Shown: positions 46,721-56,919 of the stretch, one piece after another
How the letters are laid out: each line of letters starts with the position of its first letter
Position numbering within the stretch: the stretch's first letter is position 1
Assembly (NCBI GenBank): GCA_964651965.1
Contig: CAZYZS010000002.1
Coordinates: 17,164 to 81,163, forward strand
Direction of reading: 5' to 3'
DNA length: 64,000 nt
Source of the DNA: Candidatus Woesearchaeota archaeon
Lineage (GTDB): Archaea; Nanobdellota; Nanobdellia; Pacearchaeales; GW2011-AR1
Notes under the pieces: generated by a model
The model's database searches: none
What the model was told of the DNA's origin: nothing
Seen by the model: the letters and a program-made list of their open reading frames with translations, nothing else
Program-made: the position numbers and the translations under genes

Positions 46721-47431
46721 ATGGGCATTACTCCAATCACCTTTAAATTTGAGAGAGAACTTTTTGAGTCTTTAAATATTAATTATAAAGGTCTAGAGTT
46801 GTGCGAGTTAGGTAATCAGAGATTGGCATTTAAAAAAATGACTGGAAAGCAGTACTACACTTCGTTAGGTGTTAAACATACTTCTATAGATTTAAACAAT
46901 AAAGATGGCGCTTTACCATTAAACTTAGATTTGCCATTGCCTTCAAGTTTTCTTAATAAGTTTAAAGTAGTTACTGATTATGGAACGAGCGAACATGTAA
47001 ATAATCAGCACTCTGTTTTTAAAAATGTCCATGATATATGCAAAGATAAAGGAATTATGATACATGTTCTTCCTTCTATAAATTCGCCGCAAGGCAGAAG
47101 CGAGAGGTATTATTATTCAAAAGAGTTTATGAGAGAGCTGGCTAGAAAATGCAAATATGAAATACTTAACCTAGAAACCTATAAGGAAGCTCCCGAGTCT
47201 CAAAATTCAAGCGAGGCCATTCGCGCGGTTTTTATGAAGACAAGAGGGGGCCCTTTTATTTCCAAAAAGGAGTTTTATAGCATAAAAGGACTTAAAGACA
47301 GCGGCAACATGCTGTATACTGGGAATTACGAGAAGAAGCTCCTTCCATGGGTTATCTGGTATGTTAGAGTATTAAAAAATCCGCGGAACATAAAAAGAAA
47401 ACTTTCGAGTATATTTTTTAAGAATAAATAA
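46721..47431 (+). CDS. hypothetical protein
   Basis: 236-aa ORF inside the glycan locus. Confidence 0.35.
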   Translation: MGITPITFKFERELFESLNINYKGLELCELGNQRLAFKKMTGKQYYTSLGVKHTSIDLNNKDGALPLNLDLPLPSSFLNKFKVVTDYGTSEHVNNQHSVFKNVHDICKDKGIMIHVLPSINSPQGRSERYYYSKEFMRELARKCKYEILNLETYKEAPESQNSSEAIRAVFMKTRGGPFISKKEFYSIKGLKDSGNMLYTGNYEKKLLPWVIWYVRVLKNPRNIKRKLSSIFFKNK

Positions 47432-47434
47432 GCA

Positions 47435-47926
47435 CTATTTAATAACTCTTAATTGGGCGTCTACTTTGGATATAAGCCCCCCTATAAACAAGGATAATTT
47501 TTCCCTCATGCTTTTCGGCAGGAATTTTCCTATCTTGGTAGGTCTAAGAACAATCTTTACAACCTCAAATTTTCTTTTTTTATGTATCAAGTAAGGTTCT
47601 TTAGCAAAATTTATGAAAGCGACTTCTGAAAAATAATGCAAATGAGTCAGGTCATCGTACGCCCCTTTATTATTATAATGCGGAACAACTATCTGAATTA
47701 TTGCGTTTTTCTTGCATGCTTTCCATAATTCAAAAAGGACCCCTTCTGGTTTTTCCAAATGCTCTAGAACATTGTCTATATAAACAAAATCGTAGTAATT
47801 TTCTTTAAGGGGGTATGGGAATTTATTAAAGTCAAAATTTTTATTAATCTTCTCGCTTTTTTGTAGGTCTACATTATCCCATCCTTCCTTTATATCTTCT
47901 CCACATCCAAAATTAAGCTTGTTCAT
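47435..47926 (-). CDS. class I SAM-dependent methyltransferase, paralog of 43482..43985
   Basis: MNKLNFGCGEDIKEGWDNVD...IDNVLEHLEKP. Confidence 0.65.
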   Translation of the reverse strand: MNKLNFGCGEDIKEGWDNVDLQKSEKINKNFDFNKFPYPLKENYYDFVYIDNVLEHLEKPEGVLFELWKACKKNAIIQIVVPHYNNKGAYDDLTHLHYFSEVAFINFAKEPYLIHKKRKFEVVKIVLRPTKIGKFLPKSMREKLSLFIGGLISKVDAQLRVIK

Positions 47927-48068
47927 TAAAGTCCTTAAATTTAATCATTTTATAAAAATAGTTGTTTTAAGAAATAACTTTCATAGTTCCATTTAAAAGC
48001 TTTATGTAACTAAAATCAGTACAAGAATACAGAAATCTTTTTAAACAAATCTTTTTATTACTTTATTA

Positions 48069-48860
48069 ATGGCTCATAAAGTAAAAGTTAGTTTAATCTT
48101 GCCGCTGTATAACAGCGAGATATTCATAGACGAATGTCTAGAAGCAGTAGAAAGTCAGACTTTTAAGGATTTTGAACTTATTATAATTGATGACTGTTCC
48201 AAGGATAAAACCCTAGAAATTTTAGATAAAAAGGGATATAAATATCACAAGCACACAACCAATCAGGGATTCACAAAAACCGTAAATGAGGGGCTTAAAA
48301 TGGCGAAAGGCGAGTATATAGTGCTGGCAGACCATGATTTGATCTTAGAAAAAGACTATCTTGCAAAGTTACTGGAGGTAAATAGAGACATAGTCTCATC
48401 TCGCCTTTATTATTATAAGCAGAAAGACAAAATAAGAGCATTAAATATAAAGATAAATCTACTTACAGGAAAAACTGCAGTTCTTGGAAGAGACGAGATA
48501 GATAAAGGGCAGTTCAGCAATCTTGGGAAACTAGACTCCATGGGGGCTGCTTGTTTACTGGTCAAGAAGACCGTTTATGATAAAATCGGCTTGTTTGATG
48601 AGGGCTTTCTTCATTTTTATGTCGACACAGATTTTTGTTTCAGAGCAAAGAAAGCAGGTTATGAGATTTTCTCTTCTCAGGCAAAATCCTGGCATAAGAA
48701 AGAAGAGCACGAAGTTTTCAGCAAAAAACTATTGGATAAATATTATCACGATAAGAAATTATTCCTAAAAAAACACTCCCCCTATTACCCCATTTCTTTA
48801 ATTCCCACAGCTGCAAAACATTTATTGCAATCGCGTACAATAGGCCAACAAGCTATTTAA
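48069..48860 (+). CDS. glycosyltransferase family 2
   Basis: VSLILPLYNSE...IIIDDCSKDKT and a DxD-type motif. Confidence 0.75.
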   Translation: MAHKVKVSLILPLYNSEIFIDECLEAVESQTFKDFELIIIDDCSKDKTLEILDKKGYKYHKHTTNQGFTKTVNEGLKMAKGEYIVLADHDLILEKDYLAKLLEVNRDIVSSRLYYYKQKDKIRALNIKINLLTGKTAVLGRDEIDKGQFSNLGKLDSMGAACLLVKKTVYDKIGLFDEGFLHFYVDTDFCFRAKKAGYEIFSSQAKSWHKKEEHEVFSKKLLDKYYHDKKLFLKKHSPYYPISLIPTAAKHLLQSRTIGQQAI

Positions 48861-49936
48861 CCTTTCCAATTCTTAATTTTCTCGATGATATAATCGACTT
48901 CTTCATCAGTTAATGCATGATGGAGGGGAAGATTAACAAGAGTTTTGTCTAGCTTTTCTAGATTAACTAAATCTTTTTTAGGGCCGCCAAAAACAGAATA
49001 GGCATCATTTCTTCTGTTATGGACAGCAACCATTATCCCGTTAGCTTTCATATACTCTATAAATTTTTCTCTGTTTAGAACATGAACTGCAAACATCCAG
49101 TTTGAATTTATTCGGTCTTTTGCACTCTCTAAAAGAGTAACATTTTTGGCATTTTGTAAACCTGCACGATATCTTTCCACAATTTTCTTTCTTCTTTCAA
49201 ATACGCTATCAAAATATTTCAATTGTTCAATTCCGATAGTGGCTGCAATATCGTTCATATGGTACTTAAATCCGGCTTCAGTAATGTCTGCATCCCTTTT
49301 TTTTCTGTCTATTCCATACCATCTCCTCCGTATTGCTTCTTCATACTTTTCATTATTCGGTATAGCGAGCATGCCGCCGTCTCCGGTAGTTATATGTTTT
49401 ATAGCCTGGAATGAAAAGCAAGTGTACTCTGATATGTTTCCTATTTGTTTGCCTTTGTATTTAGCGCCCAGAGCTTCACAAGCATCTTCAATTACTGGAA
49501 TATTGTATTTTTCAGCTATTTCATGAATTTCATCCATGTCACAAGGATATCCTCCCCAATGAACACATACAATGCCCTTGGTTTTAGGGGTAATCTTTTT
49601 TTTGATACTTTCAGGGCTTATATTGGCTGTTTCGTATTGCACATCTGCAAATACAGGTTCTGCAAATTGTTCAAGTATGGCCGTATTTGTAGCTACTGCA
49701 GTATATGGAGTAGAGATAACCTCATCTCCAGGCTTCACTCCGCATAAAACCAAAGCTAATCTTAAAGCAGACGTACCTGTATTAAGCGAAACGACATTTT
49801 TTACATTAAATTTTTCAGAAAAATTATTTTCAAATTCATCAACTTTCTTGCCCTGCCCAATATAGCCCGAAAATAGAGTCTTTAATAGCTCATCTTTGAC
49901 AGAAGGGGGCATATGTACTTTAAATGTTTCTATCAT
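48857..49936 (-). CDS. DegT/DnrJ/EryC1/StrS-family PLP-dependent sugar aminotransferase
   Basis: NTGTSALRLAL, TCFSFQAIKHITTGDGGM with the PLP-binding Lys region. Confidence 0.8.
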   Translation of the reverse strand: MIETFKVHMPPSVKDELLKTLFSGYIGQGKKVDEFENNFSEKFNVKNVVSLNTGTSALRLALVLCGVKPGDEVISTPYTAVATNTAILEQFAEPVFADVQYETANISPESIKKKITPKTKGIVCVHWGGYPCDMDEIHEIAEKYNIPVIEDACEALGAKYKGKQIGNISEYTCFSFQAIKHITTGDGGMLAIPNNEKYEEAIRRRWYGIDRKKRDADITEAGFKYHMNDIAATIGIEQLKYFDSVFERRKKIVERYRAGLQNAKNVTLLESAKDRINSNWMFAVHVLNREKFIEYMKANGIMVAVHNRRNDAYSVFGGPKKDLVNLEKLDKTLVNLPLHHALTDEEVDYIIEKIKNWKG

Positions 49937-49939
49937 TCT

Positions 49940-50473
49940 TTATTTTGCCCCCTCTTCAATCCTAGCTTTGCCATACCATTCTTCGCGCAGCACAGACATC
50001 ACAATAGAGCCGATATATTTTCCTTTTTTCAAAACTTCTTCTCTCTTCACTCCTTCTTCTACAAATCCTAATTTTTTATACAGATGCATTGCCCTGGCGT
50101 TTGTTTCAAGGACCTCCAAAGTTATTTTATGCAGTTCGTATCTTTCAAATAGGAATGGGATAAATAATAGATATGCTCCATAGGCAAGCCCCTTTCCTCT
50201 CCAGTTTTTATGCAAGTCAGCTCCAACATAAATATTTCCATTTACCTTTGAATAATTGGAAAGCCTAAAATAGCCAATCATTTGGTCATTTAAGGTAATT
50301 GCCCAGAAATCAGGTTTAGTTGTTCTAAACCATTCTAAGCTTTGTTCAACAGTAAATGTTCTGGAATCATGTAAATACGCTTCTGCGCACTCGTTTCTAA
50401 TTTCATTTAATAAAGGTATATCTGATTCAGTTAAAGGTCTGAACCAAAGTTTTCCTTTTTCTGCATTTTTCAT
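49940..50473 (-). CDS. GNAT-family N-acetyltransferase
   Basis: NWRGKGLAYGAY...HLYKKLGF. Confidence 0.7.
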   Translation of the reverse strand: MKNAEKGKLWFRPLTESDIPLLNEIRNECAEAYLHDSRTFTVEQSLEWFRTTKPDFWAITLNDQMIGYFRLSNYSKVNGNIYVGADLHKNWRGKGLAYGAYLLFIPFLFERYELHKITLEVLETNARAMHLYKKLGFVEEGVKREEVLKKGKYIGSIVMSVLREEWYGKARIEEGAK

Positions 50474-50502
50474 TTTAAGTTAGTAATTAAATAGAGGTTT
50501 AA

Positions 50503-51513
50503 CTATAAAAATTCTTCGTGTTTAATAGCCTTAGAGTGATATTCAAGTTCTCTGTTAAGATCGTCATTCCTGCAGAAATATGGGCAGTCTTTAAAATCTA
50601 TGCTGTTGAATACCTCAATTATTCTTGAAGAATTCATTATCTCTTTTATTGAGTTTTTATTCAAATCTCCTATACAATATTTCGGGTTCTGTCTTTGATT
50701 AGCGCACGGATAAAACTTGAAATCCGCAGTTACGACTGCATTGAAGAACAGCCCCCAGCATTTTGTATAAGGTCTTTTATCCTCGTCTTTAAAATATTGG
50801 TACTTGTGATAAGAAGAAACCACCTTAAAATTTTCATCTTCGTACAATTCCTTGCCTTTCTGAAGTTCTTCACTAACATCTGTCTCATCGTATAAAAATG
50901 GTTTAAGTTGCCCATAGTCCAGTCCGCATTCTTTGCACAGCTTAAAAAAATTTAAAATATCTGGTTTTGTAATTTCGCCAGTAAGAAAACTGGCCCCGTA
51001 AGAAACATCTTTACCAGATTCCTTTTTAAGTCTTGAAAACATTCTCATATTTCCCATAACTTTTTCAAAAGCTTCTTTACTCATCCCATGAGTCTTCTTG
51101 TACCCTTCAGGGCTTCCTGCATCAAGGCTGATTCTAAAAAATGAGCAACAATCAATAATTGCTTTTGCTTTTTCTTCATTAAGGCTAAGACCATTTGAGT
51201 ATACACCTACCCTCAATCCTTTGCTTTTTATGTAGTACAATATCCCTATAAAATCTGGGTGAAGCAAGGGCTCTCCCCCTCCTGCAAGTATTATAGACTT
51301 GCCATCAGCCTCAACAAATTCGTCGATAAATTTTTTTAATTGTTCCATTGTGAGCGAAACAGGGTTTTCTCTCTTTCCAGTACATTTTGGGCAGTTGTTA
51401 TCGCAAACGTTTGTTAAATCAAGTTCAACAGAAACTAAAGTTTTATGCTTATTAAAAAAATAACCCAGTTTATGGTGATATTTCATTATCTTTTTAGAGC
51501 CTCTAAATTCCAT
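50503..51513 (-). CDS. radical SAM protein (possibly with a SPASM-type C-terminal Cys cluster)
   Basis: CDNNCPKC is Cx3Cx2C. Additional Cys near the C-terminus: CWG...CANQ...C. Confidence 0.7.
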   Translation of the reverse strand: MEFRGSKKIMKYHHKLGYFFNKHKTLVSVELDLTNVCDNNCPKCTGKRENPVSLTMEQLKKFIDEFVEADGKSIILAGGGEPLLHPDFIGILYYIKSKGLRVGVYSNGLSLNEEKAKAIIDCCSFFRISLDAGSPEGYKKTHGMSKEAFEKVMGNMRMFSRLKKESGKDVSYGASFLTGEITKPDILNFFKLCKECGLDYGQLKPFLYDETDVSEELQKGKELYEDENFKVVSSYHKYQYFKDEDKRPYTKCWGLFFNAVVTADFKFYPCANQRQNPKYCIGDLNKNSIKEIMNSSRIIEVFNSIDFKDCPYFCRNDDLNRELEYHSKAIKHEEFL

Positions 51514-51828
51514 TTTTTAAAACTTGGGGGTTATATCTCGCAATCTGTAGTTAAAGTCCAGATTCTTTTTAAGCAAGAAGCGACCTTTCCTTTTTTAATT
51601 TATGATTAATAAATAAATTTATTAACATTTTCTTTTCAGAAATATTTGGTATATAAACCTTATCTATCTCAGATATAGATTAATTAAAATATATTCTCAT
51701 AAAATAAGTATCCATCTTACAAAAAGTTTAAATAGGGCTTGCCTGCTCTAATAATATCGACTTAAATTGCGTCTAAAAAAAGATTGTTTGGCTAAAGAAT
51801 CAGTTATGGAGGGTGAATTAAAATCACA

Positions 51829-53511
51829 TATGTACTTGGAATAACGCCTATTTTGGGAGAAAATCCTGGAGCAGCATTGATAAAAGATGGAGTTCTTTTG
51901 GCTGCTGTCGAAGAAGAAAGATTTAATAGGGTTAAACATAGCAAGGGCTTTCCCTTTCCTGAGAAGAGTATAGAATATTGTCTCAGCTGTGCTAAAATAA
52001 CCTTAAATGAGGTCGATAGCATTGGCGTAGGCTGGGCTTCTCCAGCACAGCATTTTAAAAGGGAACTACTTTTAGCATTAAGAAGACCGATACTGTTGCC
52101 GAATTATAAAAATTGGACCAGCTCCTACAAAAAAGAAAAGCAGTGCCCCCTTTTTAAGGATAAGAGGATTTCCTATCATCTCCACCACCTCTCTCATGCG
52201 TCCTCTGCTTTTCATCTTTCCGGGTTTAAAGAAGCAAATATTATTACAATGGATGGAAGAGGAGAATCTAGTTCAACTTTGCTGGGGGCAGGACTAGGCG
52301 CCAAAGACATAACCGTATTTAAGGAATTTAGTTTGTTAAATAGTATCGGGGCGCTGTACGAGAGCTTTACAGATTATCTCGGTTTTACAAGACATTCTCA
52401 TGAAGGAAAGGTAATGGGGCTAGCTTCCTATGGAACCCCCCTCAAGTATAACAATATACTAATTATGAAAAAAAATGGATATTCTTTAGAAACTTTTCAG
52501 AGATATCTAAGCATGCTTAATGGGATAAAAAGAAAATTAATGGGCAAAAAAGTTGATTCTCTTAAAGAGCTTCTAAAGGCGAACTACGGCCCGCCAAGAG
52601 GGAAAGAGGACCAAATTTTAAAGAGACATCAGGATATTGCAGCAACTGTACAATTCATCCAGGAGAAAGTAGTCCAGCACCTTGCAGAAATACTCTATGA
52701 CAAGACAGGAGTAAAGAATTTCTGTTTAGCGGGGGGTTCTTCTTTAAATTGCGTGAGCAATGGAAAATTGCTCGAGAATGATTTTGTCCAGGATATTTTT
52801 GTCCAGCCAGCTTCTTCAGACTCGGGTACTGCTATTGGGGCAGCATATTTGGAATGGATAAAGCTTACAGGCGAGCCAAGCAGTTTTAAGATGGAGCATG
52901 CCTACTGGGGCCCGGAATTTTCTAACGAAGAGATACTGGCTGAGCTGAAGAAGACCAAGTTGAAATATAAGTTCTATAAAGACATTCCGGGGGTTGCTGC
53001 CGAGAAAGTGGCGAAAGGAAAGATAATTGGGTGGTTTCAAGGAAGGATGGAAATTGGTCCTAGGGCGTTAGGGAATCGCAGCATTTTAGCAAATCCTACT
53101 GATAAAAAAATGAAAGATAAGGTAAATCTGCAGGTTAAGCACAGAGAAAATTGGAGACCTTTTTGTCCAAGCTTGTTGAATGAATCAAGAAAAGATTACT
53201 TTGAGATGGACTACCCAAGTCCTTTTATGATTCTTAGCTTCAAAGTAAAAGAAGAAATGTGGGATGAAGTGCCTTCTGTGATACATGTAGATAAAACTGC
53301 TAGGCCGCAAACAGTTGAAAAAAAGCATAATCTAAGATATTACGATTTGATAAAGAACTTGGGTGGTTTGACCGGGCACCCCATAGTTTTAAACACCTCT
53401 TTTAACGATAAAGAAGAACCCTTAGTGTGTTCTCCTAAAGATGCTGTTAGCTGTTTTAAACGGACAAATCTTGATTATCTTGCAATCGGGAATTATTTAG
53501 TTGAAAATTAG
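51829..53511 (+). CDS. carbamoyltransferase (NodU/CmcH family); start extended to the in-frame ATG at 51829
   Basis: N-terminal ILGENPGAALIKDGVLLAAVEEERFNR and the HHLSHASSAF motif. Confidence 0.8.
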   Translation, partial: YVLGITPILGENPGAALIKDGVLLAAVEEERFNRVKHSKGFPFPEKSIEYCLSCAKITLNEVDSIGVGWASPAQHFKRELLLALRRPILLPNYKNWTSSYKKEKQCPLFKDKRISYHLHHLSHASSAFHLSGFKEANIITMDGRGESSSTLLGAGLGAKDITVFKEFSLLNSIGALYESFTDYLGFTRHSHEGKVMGLASYGTPLKYNNILIMKKNGYSLETFQRYLSMLNGIKRKLMGKKVDSLKELLKANYGPPRGKEDQILKRHQDIAATVQFIQEKVVQHLAEILYDKTGVKNFCLAGGSSLNCVSNGKLLENDFVQDIFVQPASSDSGTAIGAAYLEWIKLTGEPSSFKMEHAYWGPEFSNEEILAELKKTKLKYKFYKDIPGVAAEKVAKGKIIGWFQGRMEIGPRALGNRSILANPTDKKMKDKVNLQVKHRENWRPFCPSLLNESRKDYFEMDYPSPFMILSFKVKEEMWDEVPSVIHVDKTARPQTVEKKHNLRYYDLIKNLGGLTGHPIVLNTSFNDKEEPLVCSPKDAVSCFKRTNLDYLAIGNYLVEN

Positions 53512-53525
53512 TTTAGAGTTTAATA

Positions 53526-54164
53526 ATGGAAAAAAAACATGACGATATTGTTATGCGGAACGTAGCTAAAGAAATAAGTAGATTAAAAGGAGAGCTTTCT
53601 TTATTGGATGTTGGCAGCGATGAGGAACACCTAAGAGAATTATTGCCAAAAAATATAAACTATTTTAGTTTAGATTACAAAGGCGATAGGGATTATATAA
53701 GAGATCTTGACAAATTGCCTCTAAAAATAAATAAAAAATTTGATATCATAGTAGCTTTAGAGGTTTTGGAACATACTCTAAGGCCCAATGAAGTTATGAA
53801 GGAGCTTTTGAAACTTTCTAAGCCAAACACTCTTTTTTTCTTGTCTATGCCTAATGAGTATAATTTTTATTGTAGACTCAATTTCTTAATGGGCAGGAAG
53901 ACTTCGGTTCAGGAGCCTTTTAAGCTAGTAGAAAAGCATTTGCATCTGCATCAACCAAGGGCAAAGGACGTGACAATTTTTTTCTCTCAATATATAGATA
54001 TCCAAAAGGTTTTTTACTGTTGGTATTCAAGAAAATCTGAACATGGTAAGGGGATAAAGAAAAGCTTATTTATAAATTTGGACAAGGTTATTAATAAATT
54101 ATCAGAATTAAAGCCGTCTTTATTTACTCGCAATGTAATGGTCATGGGTACAAGGAAACTTTAG
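53526..54164 (+). CDS. SAM-dependent methyltransferase-like protein
   Basis: LLDVGSD...ALEVLEHT. Confidence 0.5.
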   Translation: MEKKHDDIVMRNVAKEISRLKGELSLLDVGSDEEHLRELLPKNINYFSLDYKGDRDYIRDLDKLPLKINKKFDIIVALEVLEHTLRPNEVMKELLKLSKPNTLFFLSMPNEYNFYCRLNFLMGRKTSVQEPFKLVEKHLHLHQPRAKDVTIFFSQYIDIQKVFYCWYSRKSEHGKGIKKSLFINLDKVINKLSELKPSLFTRNVMVMGTRKL

Positions 54165-54171
54165 AACCAAA

Positions 54172-55260
54172 ATGAAAGTGAGTATTGTTAAATGCAGCTC
54201 CTATGAAAATAAGGAATTAAAAGAAGCACTTGAAAAAAGCCTGAAAAATCTTAATTTTATTTTTAAAAAGAATATGAAGGTTTTAATAAAACCGAACATT
54301 TTAGCTCCGTACCCCCCAGAAAAAGCAATAACAACTAATCCTTTAGTAATAGAGGAGTTATGTAAAATATTAAAAAAATATAATGCGGATATTTACATTG
54401 GAGAAAGCTCTAGTTACGAGACCAAAAAAGGTTTTGAAGTTTCTGGTATTGGGAAACTCGAAAAATATGCTAAGATAATAAATTTTGAGACTCAAGACAA
54501 GCGGTTATTCAAGTTTAAAAGTGTCAAGGAAGTGTCTCTTCCGAAAATTATTTTTGAGATGGATTTAATAATTAATGTTTCAAAATTAAAGACCCATGCA
54601 TTTACAGGAGCTACGTTATGTGTAAAAAACTTATACGGTTGCATTCCGGGAATGGCTAAATCTTATTATCATAGAGTCTTTCCTTCTTTAGAATCATTTT
54701 CAAAATTTCTTCTTGAGCTACATGAAAAAATCAAACCCGGGTTGAATATTATAGATGGGGTTATTGGGATGGAGGGGATGGGGCCCGCACTACAAGGAAA
54801 GCCCATCAGAAGCAATATAATTATGGCAGGAGATAATGCAATAGCAACAGATATAATCGGATCAGAGATTATGGGTTTCGAAACAGATAGTATCTACACA
54901 AACAGGTTCTCAGGAATAAAAAGGAATGAGATAAATGTTATAGGTAAAGTCCCTTTACTTAATTTTAAGAAGCCTCCGATGTCTCTATTTTTTAAATCCC
55001 CTATTCTTCACTCTCTAGAAAAATTATTCCCTAAATCAAGAATAATCTTTGACTATAATAAGTGTAAGAAATGTCATTTGTGCGAGAAAAAATGCCCAGT
55101 ACAAGCAATAAAACTCAGCCCATTTCCTAAATGCGACTATAACAGATGCATAAGATGTGCCTGCTGTATCGAAGTATGCCCCCAAAAAGCAATAACTCTT
55201 AAAGAACACTGGACTAAAGCTTGTTCTAGAAAAATATTTAGAAAATTCTTTAAATCATAG
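54172..55260 (+). CDS. DUF362-domain protein with two C-terminal 4Fe-4S ferredoxin motifs
   Basis: CKKCHLCEKKCP and CIRCACCIEVCP. Confidence 0.6.
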   Translation: MKVSIVKCSSYENKELKEALEKSLKNLNFIFKKNMKVLIKPNILAPYPPEKAITTNPLVIEELCKILKKYNADIYIGESSSYETKKGFEVSGIGKLEKYAKIINFETQDKRLFKFKSVKEVSLPKIIFEMDLIINVSKLKTHAFTGATLCVKNLYGCIPGMAKSYYHRVFPSLESFSKFLLELHEKIKPGLNIIDGVIGMEGMGPALQGKPIRSNIIMAGDNAIATDIIGSEIMGFETDSIYTNRFSGIKRNEINVIGKVPLLNFKKPPMSLFFKSPILHSLEKLFPKSRIIFDYNKCKKCHLCEKKCPVQAIKLSPFPKCDYNRCIRCACCIEVCPQKAITLKEHWTKACSRKIFRKFFKS

Positions 55261-56181
55261 ACTGCCTTTTTCTATTAATACTTTCTTTGCATAATCTGCC
55301 TTTTTATTTTGATAGTCTACTTTAAGATTTTTTTTAAAAGTGTGGATTATTCTCTTCTTGAACCCTTTTGGGATTTTCCTGTCTGGATAAGCGTAATTAG
55401 GCGGATAAACATGAAAAAGATGCTTATGGTTTATGAAATATTTGTTTAAGTAAGACTCATCAAATATCTTGGATACTACGTTATTTTTTAAATCACTTTC
55501 TATGTTCCTGTACATCTCCTTAGCCATTTTTATTACGTAATCTGTTTTGCCCCCCCAAAAGCAGCATTGGATGTATTCAGATAAATCTTCTCCAGGGATT
55601 ACTGCCGCTTTCGAATTGGGATTGGTTTCAAAAGAGCCTTGTTTGCTTAAAAAATTAGGGTGCCTGACTCCAAATAATGGTTTATCGTGATAAAAAAAAT
55701 CTTCTGAATTTAGCTGTTGTGGCACAACAATGTCCGCATCTATTTTCATTACATAGTCGAAATTTTTTAAATCTTTTATATTGGGGATATCTTTTAGATA
55801 CTTGAGTAACGCATAGAGCTTCTCATCAGGTATCTTTACCCGTTCAGTATCCTTGCCCAATTTAAATTCCTTATCTGTAAATATAAAGAATTTTTTAGGT
55901 ATCTCTGGAAGAAAGTTCTTTTTTATGTTATTATAGAAGTCTTCAAAATAATTAAAATAAATCCCGGTCCCTACAAAGAGTATCGCTATTGATTTTGGAA
56001 ACTGCACCTGCCTTTTTTTTATTTTTTTATCTTTTTTTAGAATTATTATCATAGCCCTTCGGTTTTCAAGATACTTGATGTGCTGCTTAATCCAGTGAGG
56101 AAAAGGCCGCTTGCTGGTTTTATTAATTGCTTCAATCCTGAGAAGCTTTTCCTTTAACCTTTTAAAAGTCATTTTAATCAA
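55255..56181 (-). CDS. putative GT-A-fold glycosyltransferase
   Basis: YVMKIDADIVV DxD-like motif, in a glycan-locus context. Weak call. Confidence 0.3.
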   Translation of the reverse strand: MIKMTFKRLKEKLLRIEAINKTSKRPFPHWIKQHIKYLENRRAMIIILKKDKKIKKRQVQFPKSIAILFVGTGIYFNYFEDFYNNIKKNFLPEIPKKFFIFTDKEFKLGKDTERVKIPDEKLYALLKYLKDIPNIKDLKNFDYVMKIDADIVVPQQLNSEDFFYHDKPLFGVRHPNFLSKQGSFETNPNSKAAVIPGEDLSEYIQCCFWGGKTDYVIKMAKEMYRNIESDLKNNVVSKIFDESYLNKYFINHKHLFHVYPPNYAYPDRKIPKGFKKRIIHTFKKNLKVDYQNKKADYAKKVLIEKGSL

Positions 56182-56818
56182 TCCTTTTAGCTCTTATAAT
56201 TATCTGTCTCCCAATCCTGTGCTTTAAAAATCTTATTTTTTCTATTTTAAAACCTTCTTGTCCGAGTATTCTTTTTAACTCTCGAAGAGAGTATTGGTAT
56301 ATTTTATATCCAGTAATCCTTGTTATCCTTTGATAAAAATAAGCAACTATCTTCCTTATCAGATTCTTCTCTTCAGCATCAAAAATAAGATAGCCCTGTT
56401 TTTTGAGAACTCTTCTTGCTTGTCTTATCGCTCTTCTTAAGTCTTTTTCCTGAAGATGATTCCATACCCTCATCGTTACAACTTTATCAAAGCTTTCAGG
56501 CTTAGACTTAAGGTTGAACATATCTCCAGGTATGCATTTAGCTTTTGGATTTTTCTTGCTCGCTATTTCAAGCATGCCTTCAGAGGTATCTATTGCAGTA
56601 ACTTCCCCAAGGTACTCTGTTAAAAAGCCGCTGCTGCATCCTAGCTCAAGAACCTTTTCTTTGTCTTTTTTATCAATAAGTTCTAGAAAATACTTTAATT
56701 CCAATACCCTTTTTCTTCTTCTATATTCACTTTTTTGCCTCTGTGCGTCGTAGGTGCCCGTTACTCGCTTTTGTTGATAGTACTCCTTAAATTTATCAGT
56801 ATCGCTTTTAACATTCAT
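56174..56818 (-). CDS. class I SAM-dependent methyltransferase
   Basis: VLELGCSSGF...AIDTSEGML. Confidence 0.65.
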   Translation of the reverse strand: MNVKSDTDKFKEYYQQKRVTGTYDAQRQKSEYRRRKRVLELKYFLELIDKKDKEKVLELGCSSGFLTEYLGEVTAIDTSEGMLEIASKKNPKAKCIPGDMFNLKSKPESFDKVVTMRVWNHLQEKDLRRAIRQARRVLKKQGYLIFDAEEKNLIRKIVAYFYQRITRITGYKIYQYSLRELKRILGQEGFKIEKIRFLKHRIGRQIIIRAKRID

Positions 56819-56919
56819 AATTTCTAGTGTACTAAACTGCTTTTAAAGATTTATGTATTAAGAGTATATAAAAATCCTGAAAATAGAGTATAAAAGTCTT
56901 TATAAACAGCCAAGATATC

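Noticed and set aside
49146-50183. Cluster of 63-126-aa plus-strand ORFs
   Set aside because: They lie antisense within the DegT aminotransferase and GNAT genes. Their compositions are artefactual.
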